Below, piece after piece: positions 28,482 through 38,658 of a stretch of DNA of 64,000 nt. Within the stretch, counting starts at the first letter, position 1, and each line of letters begins with the position of its first letter. The DNA comes from Thermoplasmata archaeon. Lineage in GTDB: Archaea > Thermoplasmatota > Thermoplasmata > GCA-020350865. The translations under genes were made by a program, and so were the position numbers. Below the pieces are notes generated by a model. It did not search any database. It was not told the DNA's origin and saw nothing but the letters and a program-made list of their open reading frames with translations. The stretch covers positions 190,006 to 254,005 of the forward strand of contig CP070751.1 in NCBI GenBank assembly GCA_020348445.1, in the 5' to 3' direction.

Positions 28482-29732
28482 TCACCTCCCCTCCCGTGTA
28501 AATATCGCAACTGCTCCTGTTCCAGTGGGGATCCCGCGCCATGATTGAGCCAGTCCCACCTCACAATCAGGAACCTGTCTTTTTCCTGCATGGCCGCGAA
28601 GTTGTGTCACGATCTCAAGTGATTTCTGAAGTCCTGTTGCCTCTAAGCAGTTGCCCACTCCCAGAAGACCGCCTGATGTGTTTGTTGGAAGCGAGCCTTT
28701 GACATCAAGCTCCCCTTCCTCAAGTAACTCTGCAGCCTCACCCGATCTTGCAAGTCCCAAGCTTTCCAGGTGCTGAAGCTCCTTGTAAGAGAATTTGTCG
28801 TCCACTTCAACTATATCAATCTCCTTTCTAGGCTTCTTGATCCCTGCCATCTTGTAGGCCATCTTTGCCGCGACTTTGGCATACCCTGCATCCATACCCC
28901 TTGTGGAGAGCCACGGAGTCTCTGAGCAGTACCCAAATCCTGATAAGTAGATTGGATCTACACCTAGCTCCTTTGCCTTCTTGTGGGATGCCAGGACAAT
29001 GCAGACTGCACCGTCAACTGTTGGGGCGATATCCAGGCTTTTTACAGGCTTGAACATGTATTCTGACTCCATTACGTCCTCGACTCTTATTCTTGCCTCA
29101 TAGTCTGCATAGGGATTTCTGAATGCGTTTTTCTTGTTCTTGACCACGACCTTTGCGCACTGCTCTTCTGTGGTTCCTGTCTTTCTCAGGTAATGCTGCA
29201 TCTCCAATCCTGCCAAAAAGTACGGGTGAATCCTCTCCGTTTCCTTGGAACTGCCAATGAGGGGTTTTGGAGCCTTTTTTGTGTATGAAGGCGAGCCTGC
29301 AAAATTCGGTCTTTCCACAGGCCCTGATATGGGCCGCTCGAAGACGGGATCGAATGCAAAGAGCACCACATCTCCGAAAGTGAGCAGGTCTGAGACCTTA
29401 CTGTGGGCCTCTATTGCCACAATGTCCATCAACCCGGTTTTTATCTGCATAAAAGCGTTTCCCAGTCCGTGAATTCCGTCTCCGCACACGGTTCCGCATG
29501 GCCGTAATGTCGCTCCGATTTGATCGGGCACGAACTCATCGAAGATGCCGAAACCTTCGTAGTAGTCCTCGGCACATGTGATGAAACTGTCAACGTCCTT
29601 TCTTGGATCGATTCCTGCATCGACATAGGCCTTCTGGCATGCCTCGTACATGAACTCCTTCCATTCCATGTCCGGGGTCATGGAATTGAAATCTGTATGT
29701 CCTACTCCTATTACGCATACCTTGTTCATCAA
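28482..29732 (-). CDS. Thiolase-fold protein (SCP-x-like)
   Basis: KVCVIGVG, TVCGDG, VKNKKNA, APTVDGA, EVDDKF, NTSGGLLG. Confidence 0.85.
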   Translation of the reverse strand: MMNKVCVIGVGHTDFNSMTPDMEWKEFMYEACQKAYVDAGIDPRKDVDSFITCAEDYYEGFGIFDEFVPDQIGATLRPCGTVCGDGIHGLGNAFMQIKTGLMDIVAIEAHSKVSDLLTFGDVVLFAFDPVFERPISGPVERPNFAGSPSYTKKAPKPLIGSSKETERIHPYFLAGLEMQHYLRKTGTTEEQCAKVVVKNKKNAFRNPYADYEARIRVEDVMESEYMFKPVKSLDIAPTVDGAVCIVLASHKKAKELGVDPIYLSGFGYCSETPWLSTRGMDAGYAKVAAKMAYKMAGIKKPRKEIDIVEVDDKFSYKELQHLESLGLARSGEAAELLEEGELDVKGSLPTNTSGGLLGVGNCLEATGLQKSLEIVTQLRGHAGKRQVPDCEVGLAQSWRGIPTGTGAVAIFTREGR

Positions 29733-29741
29733 TCTATCACC

Positions 29742-29834
29742 TTATCTTTCCCTGTATTCTCCTTTACTAACCTTACCGTCATTTGTCACAATTTTGGGGG
29801 GAAAAATCTCTACCTGGGTCCACTGTTCGTTCAT
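29742..29834 (-). CDS. Possible 30-aa upstream ORF of the thiolase operon
   Basis: MNEQWTQVEIFPPKIVTNDGKVSKGEYRER*. Its stop abuts the GGTGAT RBS of the thiolase gene, and GGAGG lies upstream. Confidence 0.3.
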   Translation of the reverse strand: MNEQWTQVEIFPPKIVTNDGKVSKGEYRER

Positions 29835-29971
29835 TGTCGAACTTCTTTCCTCCCCGACCCTGCAACGAAATTATCATTTAAAAACATTATTATACCGTTA
29901 TCCATGGGGATACCCGCAAGCCATATGGTGAAAATAACGGGAGTATCGACAGTTGCCGAAGTGGCTATCCT

Positions 29972-32365
29972 CTACTTCTTTAAATATCCACTTTTTATTA
30001 CATCAACGATTCCCTTTGCAATGGTATCGCCTATTCCCCTCACCTCGCAAAGTTGTTTCTCATCGGCTTTCATGATGGCATCTACACTCCCAAAATGCGC
30101 AAGAAGCCTTTGAGCCAAGGTGGCCGAGACTCCAGGAAGCCCCTCGATTATGAACTGCTGTCTTTCGGAAAGGGACATTGAAACCTTTTCACCCCGAATT
30201 CCAACCGGTCTTCCTTCATCAAATTCCCGCTTTGACATCATGGCCAGCAGATTCGCGGTTTCCTTGAAATTGGATGTGGAGATTATTGATATATTGAAGT
30301 CCGAAATTATTGAGGCTAATGCGCCTATTATGGCCTGATCGGATATCCCTCTTCTGGAGAGTAAACCCTCACCTTCCAAGACCAAAATGGGATTAATGTA
30401 TGCGCTCTTTAACATCTTGAGCTGGGAAAACAATCTACCGTCCATAAGTGATGCAAGAAAGTCATCCACTTCTTTTCTTTCCACTGCAAGCCTGTCAGAT
30501 AGTATGTAATCTGCAACATCCAGTTGTTGGGACTCCACAACTATGCCCTTTCTTGACAACTCTTTAACAACCTCGGAATTGAACTCCCTCGTGTCCGCAA
30601 TTATGGCGAGCTTTCTCTCCTTGGTACTAAAATCAGTGAGTTGCAGTTGGCCCTTCTTTTCATCTTGGGATCTTTTTGTTTGGGTCTTTAGATTGATGGT
30701 TGCAGGGACCTTCTTGTCTTCTTTTACTATTTCTGAGACTTCACTTTTTTTGATGACTGGCTCTGATTTTTCAGGGGCTATCTTTTCAGCAATCATTTCT
30801 ATTTCAGTTTCCGATATAGCCCTGGGTTCCCCCACCATAATCTGCTTGCTCAGCTCGGTTCTAAGAACATGAAGTTCTCTTTTCATTCTCTTCTCCTTAC
30901 TCACTGAAGACCAGTAATAAGCCTCGTCCCTTGTTTGTTTTGCAATTAGAACTACGACCTTGCCAGCCCTCTTTCTCCCTGTTCTTCCCCTCCGCTGAAT
31001 TGTTCTAATCTCAGAGGGAACAGGTTCGTAAAAAATAACAAGATCAGTAGAGGGAATATCCAAACCCTCCTCTGCAACACTAGTGGCCACAAGGACATTG
31101 TACCTCCCATCTTTGAAATCTTGAATGAGCTCGACCTGCTTTTTTTGAGTGAGTCCCTTGTCCTCTCCTCTTGATGCCTGGCCAACAAATCTCACAGGCT
31201 TTATTCCTTTGTAGGAGGCAAGTTCCCTGTTCACAAGTTCTGAGGTATCGCGGTAATGTGTGAACACGATAATCCTTGAATCTTTCTTTGCCTTAAACTG
31301 CTTCTTTACTTCGTTTGCTACGAATCCGATTTTCGGGTGCTCCAGATTTATCTCATAGGCGAGCCTGATGGCCTTCTTGATCTTGGGATTGTTTATAACA
31401 GATCTGGCGGCCTTGCTGCTTCCCCTTGAATTGGCCTCCTTCCCCATTCTTTCTAAATAATTTTTGAGGGCTGATATGCCCTGGGTTTCAACAAGCTCCA
31501 AAGCATGATTCACCTTGACTGCCGCAGCCTGGGCACTGGCTGCATGGTATAATGAGGATTGTTTTCCGCCACCTTCAGCAAGTCTCGCTCTTATTTCCCT
31601 CTGAACCTTCAGAAGGTCTTTCATAGACACCATCTTGTTTGATCTAAAGAATCCGTATTTCTTAAGGTCCTTCACATACCCGTTGAAGACATCCTTTAAA
31701 ATAGTAATTATCTCGAGAAATCTTGCGGGAACAGGAACCCGAATCCACCTGACCTTGATTTCGTGAACATAGGGAATCACATCTGGATCAAATTCTGAGC
31801 GTATCTCCACCTGCACTATTCCAAGATTGTTACACACTTCCAAAATACGTTTTGTTTCACTCCCTGGAGATGCGGTCGTCCCCAGAACGAGACCGTTTAT
31901 CCCTCGATATTTTTCAGCTATGAAAACGTAGGCGTAATCACCTGTTGCACGATGGGCCTCGTCGAAAATTATCAGAGCAAATTCGTCGAGCTTTGTCCTT
32001 GCCGAGATAAGATCATTTACCACCACTTGGGGAGTGGAAACAATAATGTTCGCGTCTTTCCAGAGCTCGCCTCTTTTTTTCGGGCCCACTTCACCTGTGA
32101 AGACCATAGGTTCTGAATCCACGAGAAATTCCCTGATAAAAGCCGCATGCTGTTCCACAAGAGGCTTTGTAGGTGCAAGAAAGAGAACCTTGCCTTTCTT
32201 CTTTTTCAGAACCTCGGCAATTACCAAAAGTGCCACTATTGTTTTTCCCATTCCAGTTGGCAGTACAACCAAAGTTGATTGGGAATTCGCGGAGCTGGCA
32301 ATATTCACCTGATACATCCTTTTTTCGATAGAGTTGGCTTTGATTTTAGGATGCTCTACAAACAT
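29972..32365 (-). CDS. hef: Hef (FANCM/XPF-like) SF2 helicase-ERCC4 nuclease
   Basis: LPTGMGKT, FDEAH, TASP, QRRGRTGR, C-terminal ERK motif (AVERKE), HhH GLPGV. Confidence 0.95.
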   Translation of the reverse strand: MFVEHPKIKANSIEKRMYQVNIASSANSQSTLVVLPTGMGKTIVALLVIAEVLKKKKGKVLFLAPTKPLVEQHAAFIREFLVDSEPMVFTGEVGPKKRGELWKDANIIVSTPQVVVNDLISARTKLDEFALIIFDEAHRATGDYAYVFIAEKYRGINGLVLGTTASPGSETKRILEVCNNLGIVQVEIRSEFDPDVIPYVHEIKVRWIRVPVPARFLEIITILKDVFNGYVKDLKKYGFFRSNKMVSMKDLLKVQREIRARLAEGGGKQSSLYHAASAQAAAVKVNHALELVETQGISALKNYLERMGKEANSRGSSKAARSVINNPKIKKAIRLAYEINLEHPKIGFVANEVKKQFKAKKDSRIIVFTHYRDTSELVNRELASYKGIKPVRFVGQASRGEDKGLTQKKQVELIQDFKDGRYNVLVATSVAEEGLDIPSTDLVIFYEPVPSEIRTIQRRGRTGRKRAGKVVVLIAKQTRDEAYYWSSVSKEKRMKRELHVLRTELSKQIMVGEPRAISETEIEMIAEKIAPEKSEPVIKKSEVSEIVKEDKKVPATINLKTQTKRSQDEKKGQLQLTDFSTKERKLAIIADTREFNSEVVKELSRKGIVVESQQLDVADYILSDRLAVERKEVDDFLASLMDGRLFSQLKMLKSAYINPILVLEGEGLLSRRGISDQAIIGALASIISDFNISIISTSNFKETANLLAMMSKREFDEGRPVGIRGEKVSMSLSERQQFIIEGLPGVSATLAQRLLAHFGSVDAIMKADEKQLCEVRGIGDTIAKGIVDVIKSGYLKK

Positions 32366-32616
32366 AGGAGGTTAATGGCCATAGGAACTATTCAACGTTT
32401 GGGTAGGGGTTAGGTTAGGAGGGAAAAATAAGAATAATAATTTTTCCGTTGACGCTCCTATAGCCATCTTGCAAGGGGCCCTAATGCGCATTACACTCCC
32501 TTACAACAGATTCTTATTGGGCCATTCCATATATAAGGCTTGGTTGGTAAATACCGTGATTACACCAGATAACCGAGAGAACGTTATTTATTGATTCCAG
32601 CAACCAATTGTATTGC

Positions 32617-33066
32617 TTAGTGAGAAAAAATTATTCTTGATAATAGGAAATATGCGAAAAAACCAATGATTAGTCCGATAAATGCACTAAATATACTTAC
32701 CTGATATCCAATATCCTGGTATTTTCTCCAGTATTCGATTGAAATAAAAAGAGTGTATAGAATCATAATTGTTACAAATAATGTTAGTATTGCAAAACAG
32801 AGAACCAATATTAGATGTTCTTCATTAGATAACTCGGAAGTTCCTGCAGGGCTGAGCATAAATAGTATTCCAATCAATATGTAAATTTGAATTATTAATT
32901 GGGTTATTATTGTTAAATTAAAAGAGCGCAGTTTTTCGTCAGATGAATGAAGAACCTGATAAGGGGGATTTAGATAGGTTTGGGGGAGGTATTTCGCATC
33001 GCCCTCAATGGAACTCTGATCAAAGGATTCCTCATCAATTCTTGACTTTAACTCGTCTTGGGTCAT
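32617..33066 (-). CDS. Hypothetical membrane protein (AT-rich)
   Basis: 149-aa ORF with about 3 hydrophobic segments. Confidence 0.65.
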   Translation of the reverse strand: MTQDELKSRIDEESFDQSSIEGDAKYLPQTYLNPPYQVLHSSDEKLRSFNLTIITQLIIQIYILIGILFMLSPAGTSELSNEEHLILVLCFAILTLFVTIMILYTLFISIEYWRKYQDIGYQVSIFSAFIGLIIGFFAYFLLSRIIFSH

Positions 33067-33096
33067 TTTGGAAATTTCCCCTTTTTTAATTATATA

Positions 33097-33810
33097 TTAT
33101 TTAAATGGACATAAAGGATCGCCTTCGAACTCTGCCACACCAATAATTGTTTGATTATAGGGTAATTTCAAAATTTCGTGTTCCCAATCGCTTCTAATGA
33201 CATCCCCTTCGTCAAGATCAACATGAAAAGTTCCACTATCGACACCAAATGTGTGCAAATGACCATCTATTACATTATCGTGTGGAAAAATCGTAGCTTG
33301 CGATATGTCTGGATCTAAAGAATCGATATGGAATTCAATTGATAAATTAATCCAACGTCCTTTACCTTTGTCTGATCCTTTTACTATTTCATCGTGATTA
33401 GCAATTTTAAGACTTATGGAGTTGCTGTTGTTAAACTCGAATAAATAATCAAACCTTACTGAGTAGTCCAAATCTGGAATTGATAAAACTAAAAAATATG
33501 TTTCATTTGTTACATTCATTCTGCTGTCTGAATCTAGTTTGTAATAAAGTTCATCTAATAATGCATCATCGAGTTGAGCTTCGGAATCGATTGTAAAATA
33601 GAACGATTTAAGGCGAACCCCAGGAAGCATACAGTAATATAACCAAGAAATTAATATAAGAGAAATAATGATAAAAACTATGGCTATTATTATCTCTTTT
33701 TTATACTTTTTTTGATACTCCTGATATTTTTCCTCTGGAGTTTTTATACCTGAGTTTCCTGTGTACTTAAGGATTCCCTTTTTATTTGTCATTTCAGATA
33801 TCCTTCCCAT
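33097..33810 (-). CDS. Hypothetical single-TM membrane-anchored protein (AT-rich)
   Basis: Basic N-terminus, TM IIIAIVFIIISLILISW, acidic soluble domain. Confidence 0.65.
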   Translation of the reverse strand: MGRISEMTNKKGILKYTGNSGIKTPEEKYQEYQKKYKKEIIIAIVFIIISLILISWLYYCMLPGVRLKSFYFTIDSEAQLDDALLDELYYKLDSDSRMNVTNETYFLVLSIPDLDYSVRFDYLFEFNNSNSISLKIANHDEIVKGSDKGKGRWINLSIEFHIDSLDPDISQATIFPHDNVIDGHLHTFGVDSGTFHVDLDEGDVIRSDWEHEILKLPYNQTIIGVAEFEGDPLCPFK

Positions 33811-33890
33811 AAATCATATATTAATACATTCTATTTTTATTTTATCATATTGGTCAGTTACTGCCTAACTGAATAATAAATAAAAGGAGT

Positions 33891-34332
33891 AGCCCCGGGC
33901 CGCAGAAATAAGAGATAATTAGAGTTCCATTATATTTCTAGGTAAGTGGCTAATCTGGATGACAACTTATAAAAGAGGAAGAGTAGCCCCGAGTGGATTC
34001 GAACCACCGTCTCCGGTTCCAAGGACCGGAATGATTGACCAGCTACAACACGGGGCTATTTGATTTGAACTTGTAGAGGCCAAATAGCCCCTAGCACGAG
34101 GAAAAGCGATATCAAAACTGTCTCAATACTTTTCCTCCATGACACGGGGCTTCTATGATTAAATTCTGCTTTATACTAATCCCCTATCAGAAAAAAAAGG
34201 TTATTATGTTATTAAGATTTCTTTTTTTCTACTAAGGGGCTTTATAGCATTATATCGCAACATTCAAATCCCCTTGCAGTAAATAAAGAGTTGGGAGGTT
34301 GCTGCAATTCCTTTTTTTACTACTACGGGGCT
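33891..34332 (-). repeat. Tandem array of four acceptor-stem-closed hairpins with tRNA-Gln in the fourth of five slots
   Basis: Units span 34268-34332, 34179-34241, 34086-34151, the tRNA, and 33891-33951. Each runs AGCC(C/A)C...GGGG(C/A)T on the minus strand with internal complementary arms and a 20-22-nt loop. Linkers are 26-33 nt. Confidence 0.8.
33984..34057 (-). tRNA. tRNA-Gln (anticodon UUG)
   Basis: Acceptor stem AGCCCCG/CGGGGCT with A73; the A1-U72 pair is typical of archaeal tRNA-Gln. Anticodon arm CCGGT-CCTTGGA-ACCGG. T arm GGTGG-TTCGAAT-CCACT. 74 nt, no encoded CCA. Confidence 0.9.
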
Positions 34333-34369
34333 ATTTGACACAGAGACTCCGATAAGTCATTTCTCCTTC

Positions 34370-34933
34370 TTATTTATTACTCAAAAACTCTGCTAATTGT
34401 CTAAGTGCGATGGCCCTGTGAGAATGTTTGTTCTTCTCCTCAATCTCCATCTCCGCAAATGTCTTTTCCGCACCCTTGGGAATGAATATAGGATCGTATC
34501 CGAATCCATGGTGACCTCGGGGCATAATGGCGATTGTACCATCCACCCGCCCCTTGAAAAACAAAGGCTCTGAACCCTTCTCACAATAAGCGACACAGGA
34601 TTCGAAATACGCACTTCTATCCTCCTTACCTTTCAACAATCTTAATATTCCATCAAATCCAATTGTTACAAAAAAATGTTTTGAAAAAACACCAGGGTAA
34701 TTATTCAAGGCGGAGACAAAAAGCCCTGCGTCCTCTATAATCACTGCCTCTTCGATTTTCTTCTCTTTCATGATCCAATTGATCCCAAAAGAGGCCACCT
34801 CCTCAAGATCCGAGGACTGCAACTCTGGATAAGATATATGCACTTGCTCAATCTCAAATCCTAAAGGCGCAAATAACTTCTGGGTTTCCAACAACTTTCC
34901 GGGATTTGAAGTTCCAAATTGAATTTTTTTCAT
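34370..34933 (-). CDS. rdgB: Non-canonical purine NTP pyrophosphatase (Ham1/RdgB)
   Basis: GTSNPGK, EDAGL, PGVFS, GFGYDPIF, KNKHSHR. Confidence 0.95.
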   Translation of the reverse strand: MKKIQFGTSNPGKLLETQKLFAPLGFEIEQVHISYPELQSSDLEEVASFGINWIMKEKKIEEAVIIEDAGLFVSALNNYPGVFSKHFFVTIGFDGILRLLKGKEDRSAYFESCVAYCEKGSEPLFFKGRVDGTIAIMPRGHHGFGYDPIFIPKGAEKTFAEMEIEEKNKHSHRAIALRQLAEFLSNK

Positions 34934-35550
34934 GTGTACCTACCTCTTTTTTCTATTTCTTTTACCTTAGCAATCACCTTATCAGCTTCAGTGTATTCAA
35001 TTTTATACCCTTCAAGTACGTGATCGAACATTTCAAGAATCTCAGAATGCGTGCTTTCAAAGGCCTCGGAAAGAAGATGCAGATCCACTCCCTTGGCCTC
35101 AACCTCCTTGCTCTTTCCCCCCAAACTGAAGTCTATGAAGTATATTCGATCGTTCATGAGGATCATGTTGGAGGTAGTGAGGTCCCCGTGAATCAAATCA
35201 TTTTTGTGAAACTTCCCGACACATCTTCCGATTTCTGTGCATAGTCTCTTTTGCTCCTCATCCCCTACAATGTGAAGGGCCTCTTTGATCTGCTTTCCAT
35301 CAATATACTCCATCACAATCTGGCTCTTTAAGGTATCCACATCATAAATAATTGGTGTAGACACTCCAAAGCCTCGTGCCTCTGAAATCAGCTTGGCCTC
35401 AAGCTTGGTACGGGCTTCTCTTAGTCTCCTATCTATCTCTTCATGGCGATAGGATTTTACAACCCGGCTTTTTAGAACAACATGCCTGTTTTGCCATTCT
35501 GAAAGATGTATTTCAGCTTCAGCACCGCGCTTTATGAGTTCCAATTCCAA
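34930..35550 (-). CDS. bud32: KEOPS kinase Bud32
   Basis: RGAEA, KSRVVKSYRH, HGDLTTSN, IDFSL, VDLHL. Confidence 0.95.
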   Translation of the reverse strand: MELELIKRGAEAEIHLSEWQNRHVVLKSRVVKSYRHEEIDRRLREARTKLEAKLISEARGFGVSTPIIYDVDTLKSQIVMEYIDGKQIKEALHIVGDEEQKRLCTEIGRCVGKFHKNDLIHGDLTTSNMILMNDRIYFIDFSLGGKSKEVEAKGVDLHLLSEAFESTHSEILEMFDHVLEGYKIEYTEADKVIAKVKEIEKRGRYT

Positions 35551-35633
35551 TCACTCCTTGAGTATTGTTCCTTACTTAGTTCAATATATCCAAAGAGCTT
35601 TTTAATTACTTAAAATGTGGCCTTCATTTGGAT

Positions 35634-35900
35634 CTATCCGCTTTTCACCATATCTGAAAAGTCGAACATCCTCAGTATCCTACTGGAATCTAAGTAGATC
35701 TCGGTAAAGATCCTTGCAGTCTCCTTATCTATACCATTGGCGCGAAGCTCCTTCTCGAAAATCCTGCCTCCCTTCTGGGCTTGTTTCTTGAAACTGAGAT
35801 ACGTTCCTCCAAGTCTCAGCATAAGTGGGATAAGGGAGGGGACAAGGGATGCAGCAAGCCTTATACCCTCCCCTGACTCAGACCTATTACTTCTTTTCAT
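35634..35900 (-). CDS. Small hypothetical protein
   Basis: 88-aa ORF in operon with FEKELRANGIDKETARIFTEIY. Confidence 0.7.
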   Translation of the reverse strand: MKRSNRSESGEGIRLAASLVPSLIPLMLRLGGTYLSFKKQAQKGGRIFEKELRANGIDKETARIFTEIYLDSSRILRMFDFSDMVKSG

Positions 35901-35921
35901 TAGACGCCATCTCCTTTCTCA

Positions 35922-36221
35922 TTATTCTGTGGGCCCGTGATTTTGGCTTGCGAACTTGCTAAACATGCCTCCAATATTCAAGGTGGACATATACTGGCGT
36001 GTCAGCTCAAAGGCCTGCTCGTCCGTCATGCCCGCATCCTTCAGCTCCTTGTAGAATGTCGCAACAGCAATTCCGAACTTCTTGGCCTGATCTGGACCGT
36101 ACAATACACCAGCAAGTTCCTTTAGGAGTCCCGGCACCTTGTCGGATACGATGTTCAAGATTTCCTTTATTTTTTCTGGGTCAGGCATTCCATGTTCTTC
36201 GTGATGATTCATTTTTTTCAC
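35922..36221 (-). CDS. Small hypothetical protein
   Basis: 99-aa ORF in operon with FYKELKDAGMTDEQAFELTRQY. Confidence 0.75.
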   Translation of the reverse strand: MKKMNHHEEHGMPDPEKIKEILNIVSDKVPGLLKELAGVLYGPDQAKKFGIAVATFYKELKDAGMTDEQAFELTRQYMSTLNIGGMFSKFASQNHGPTE

Positions 36222-36247
36222 CTCTTTTTAAACCAAGGGTGACCTCC

Positions 36248-36682
36248 CTATATAGATATGCCGAGCAGTTGTGACCACTTCCTGAGCACTTCTTCTGAAA
36301 GTGAGTATGTGGACACAGCACCCTCACCCTTCTGCTCCACCACGCCTTGCTCGATCATTGTTTTGATTCTTTCCCTTACGATTCGTCTTGAAGCACTGCC
36401 TCTTTTTGTGCGGAGTGCCTCAGTTATCTGGGATATGTTCTGATCGCGCCTTTCCATCAACACCTTCATTATATCCTTGGAAATGGGGTCCTTTACCTCG
36501 GGAGTTACCATGTCAGGTGATAAACCTCCATGGCTCAGTGCCAAGTCCACAAGGCGAAGGTACTTGCCTGTGGCCTTCTGCATATCCCGTACAGGGGCCA
36601 TGAGCTGTGCTATCGCATCTTCTAGCTCGGCTATACGTTTATTCAATTCCTTGATCTGTTTGGGCAAATCCTCTTCAGTCAC
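36248..36682 (-). CDS. Coiled-coil + winged-helix transcriptional regulator
   Basis: N-terminal heptads, then NISQITEAL...SRRIVRERI...GVV...YSL. Confidence 0.7.
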   Translation of the reverse strand: MTEEDLPKQIKELNKRIAELEDAIAQLMAPVRDMQKATGKYLRLVDLALSHGGLSPDMVTPEVKDPISKDIMKVLMERRDQNISQITEALRTKRGSASRRIVRERIKTMIEQGVVEQKGEGAVSTYSLSEEVLRKWSQLLGISI

Positions 36683-36727
36683 AGCCTACGCAATAACCTC
36701 GACGTTTAAAATTCCTTTGGAAGGTTT

Positions 36728-38285
<1,558 letters not shown>

Positions 38286-38357
38286 TCAAAATAGTGCTTC
38301 GAATATAAAATAGTATCATAATATTCTTGAAGAATATAATATGATTCGGAATTATCA

Positions 38358-38525
38358 TCAGGCAAAGATCTTGATATGTTCGAGATTCTCCACCATTTCA
38401 TTGATATATTCGTTTGGATTCTCCAGCTTGGTCTCATATCCGTGTGTTGGGCAGTAGTATATCCCCAAGGTCGTGTTATATTTGGCATATTTTTCGCATA
38501 CACTGCATATTACTTTCAAGTGCAT
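38358..38525 (-). CDS. Small zinc-ribbon protein (55 aa)
   Basis: GGAGGG RBS before the ATG at 38525. CSVC...CPTH. Confidence 0.6.
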   Translation of the reverse strand: MHLKVICSVCEKYAKYNTTLGIYYCPTHGYETKLENPNEYINEMVENLEHIKIFA

Positions 38526-38658
38526 CCCTCCGCATAGCGGGTTGTTAGACGTTTTGTCTGACACCATATACACTTATCCCTATTTAAATATTTCGCTAAA
38601 ATTCCCGATTTACTCTTGAGGCGAAAGGTATATATAGTGTAAGCTTCATATATGTTCC

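Noticed and set aside
28478-28591. N-terminal extension of thiolase ORF 27317..28591
   Set aside because: It overlaps the upstream thiolase in another frame. The RBS and family N-terminus indicate a start at 28477.
34015-34031. Reading the tRNA as Pro(UGG)
   Set aside because: Centring UGG breaks the anticodon stem (C-C at the closing pair), and the A1-U72 acceptor pair fits Gln.
33891-34332. Calling the array a CRISPR
   Set aside because: The shared parts are only ~6-14-nt stem ends, not identical 23-47-bp direct repeats. There are no cas genes, and one unit is a tRNA.
32400-34332. Intact integrated element or provirus at the tRNA
   Set aside because: No integrase, replication or virion genes, and no distal att copy at the hef side.
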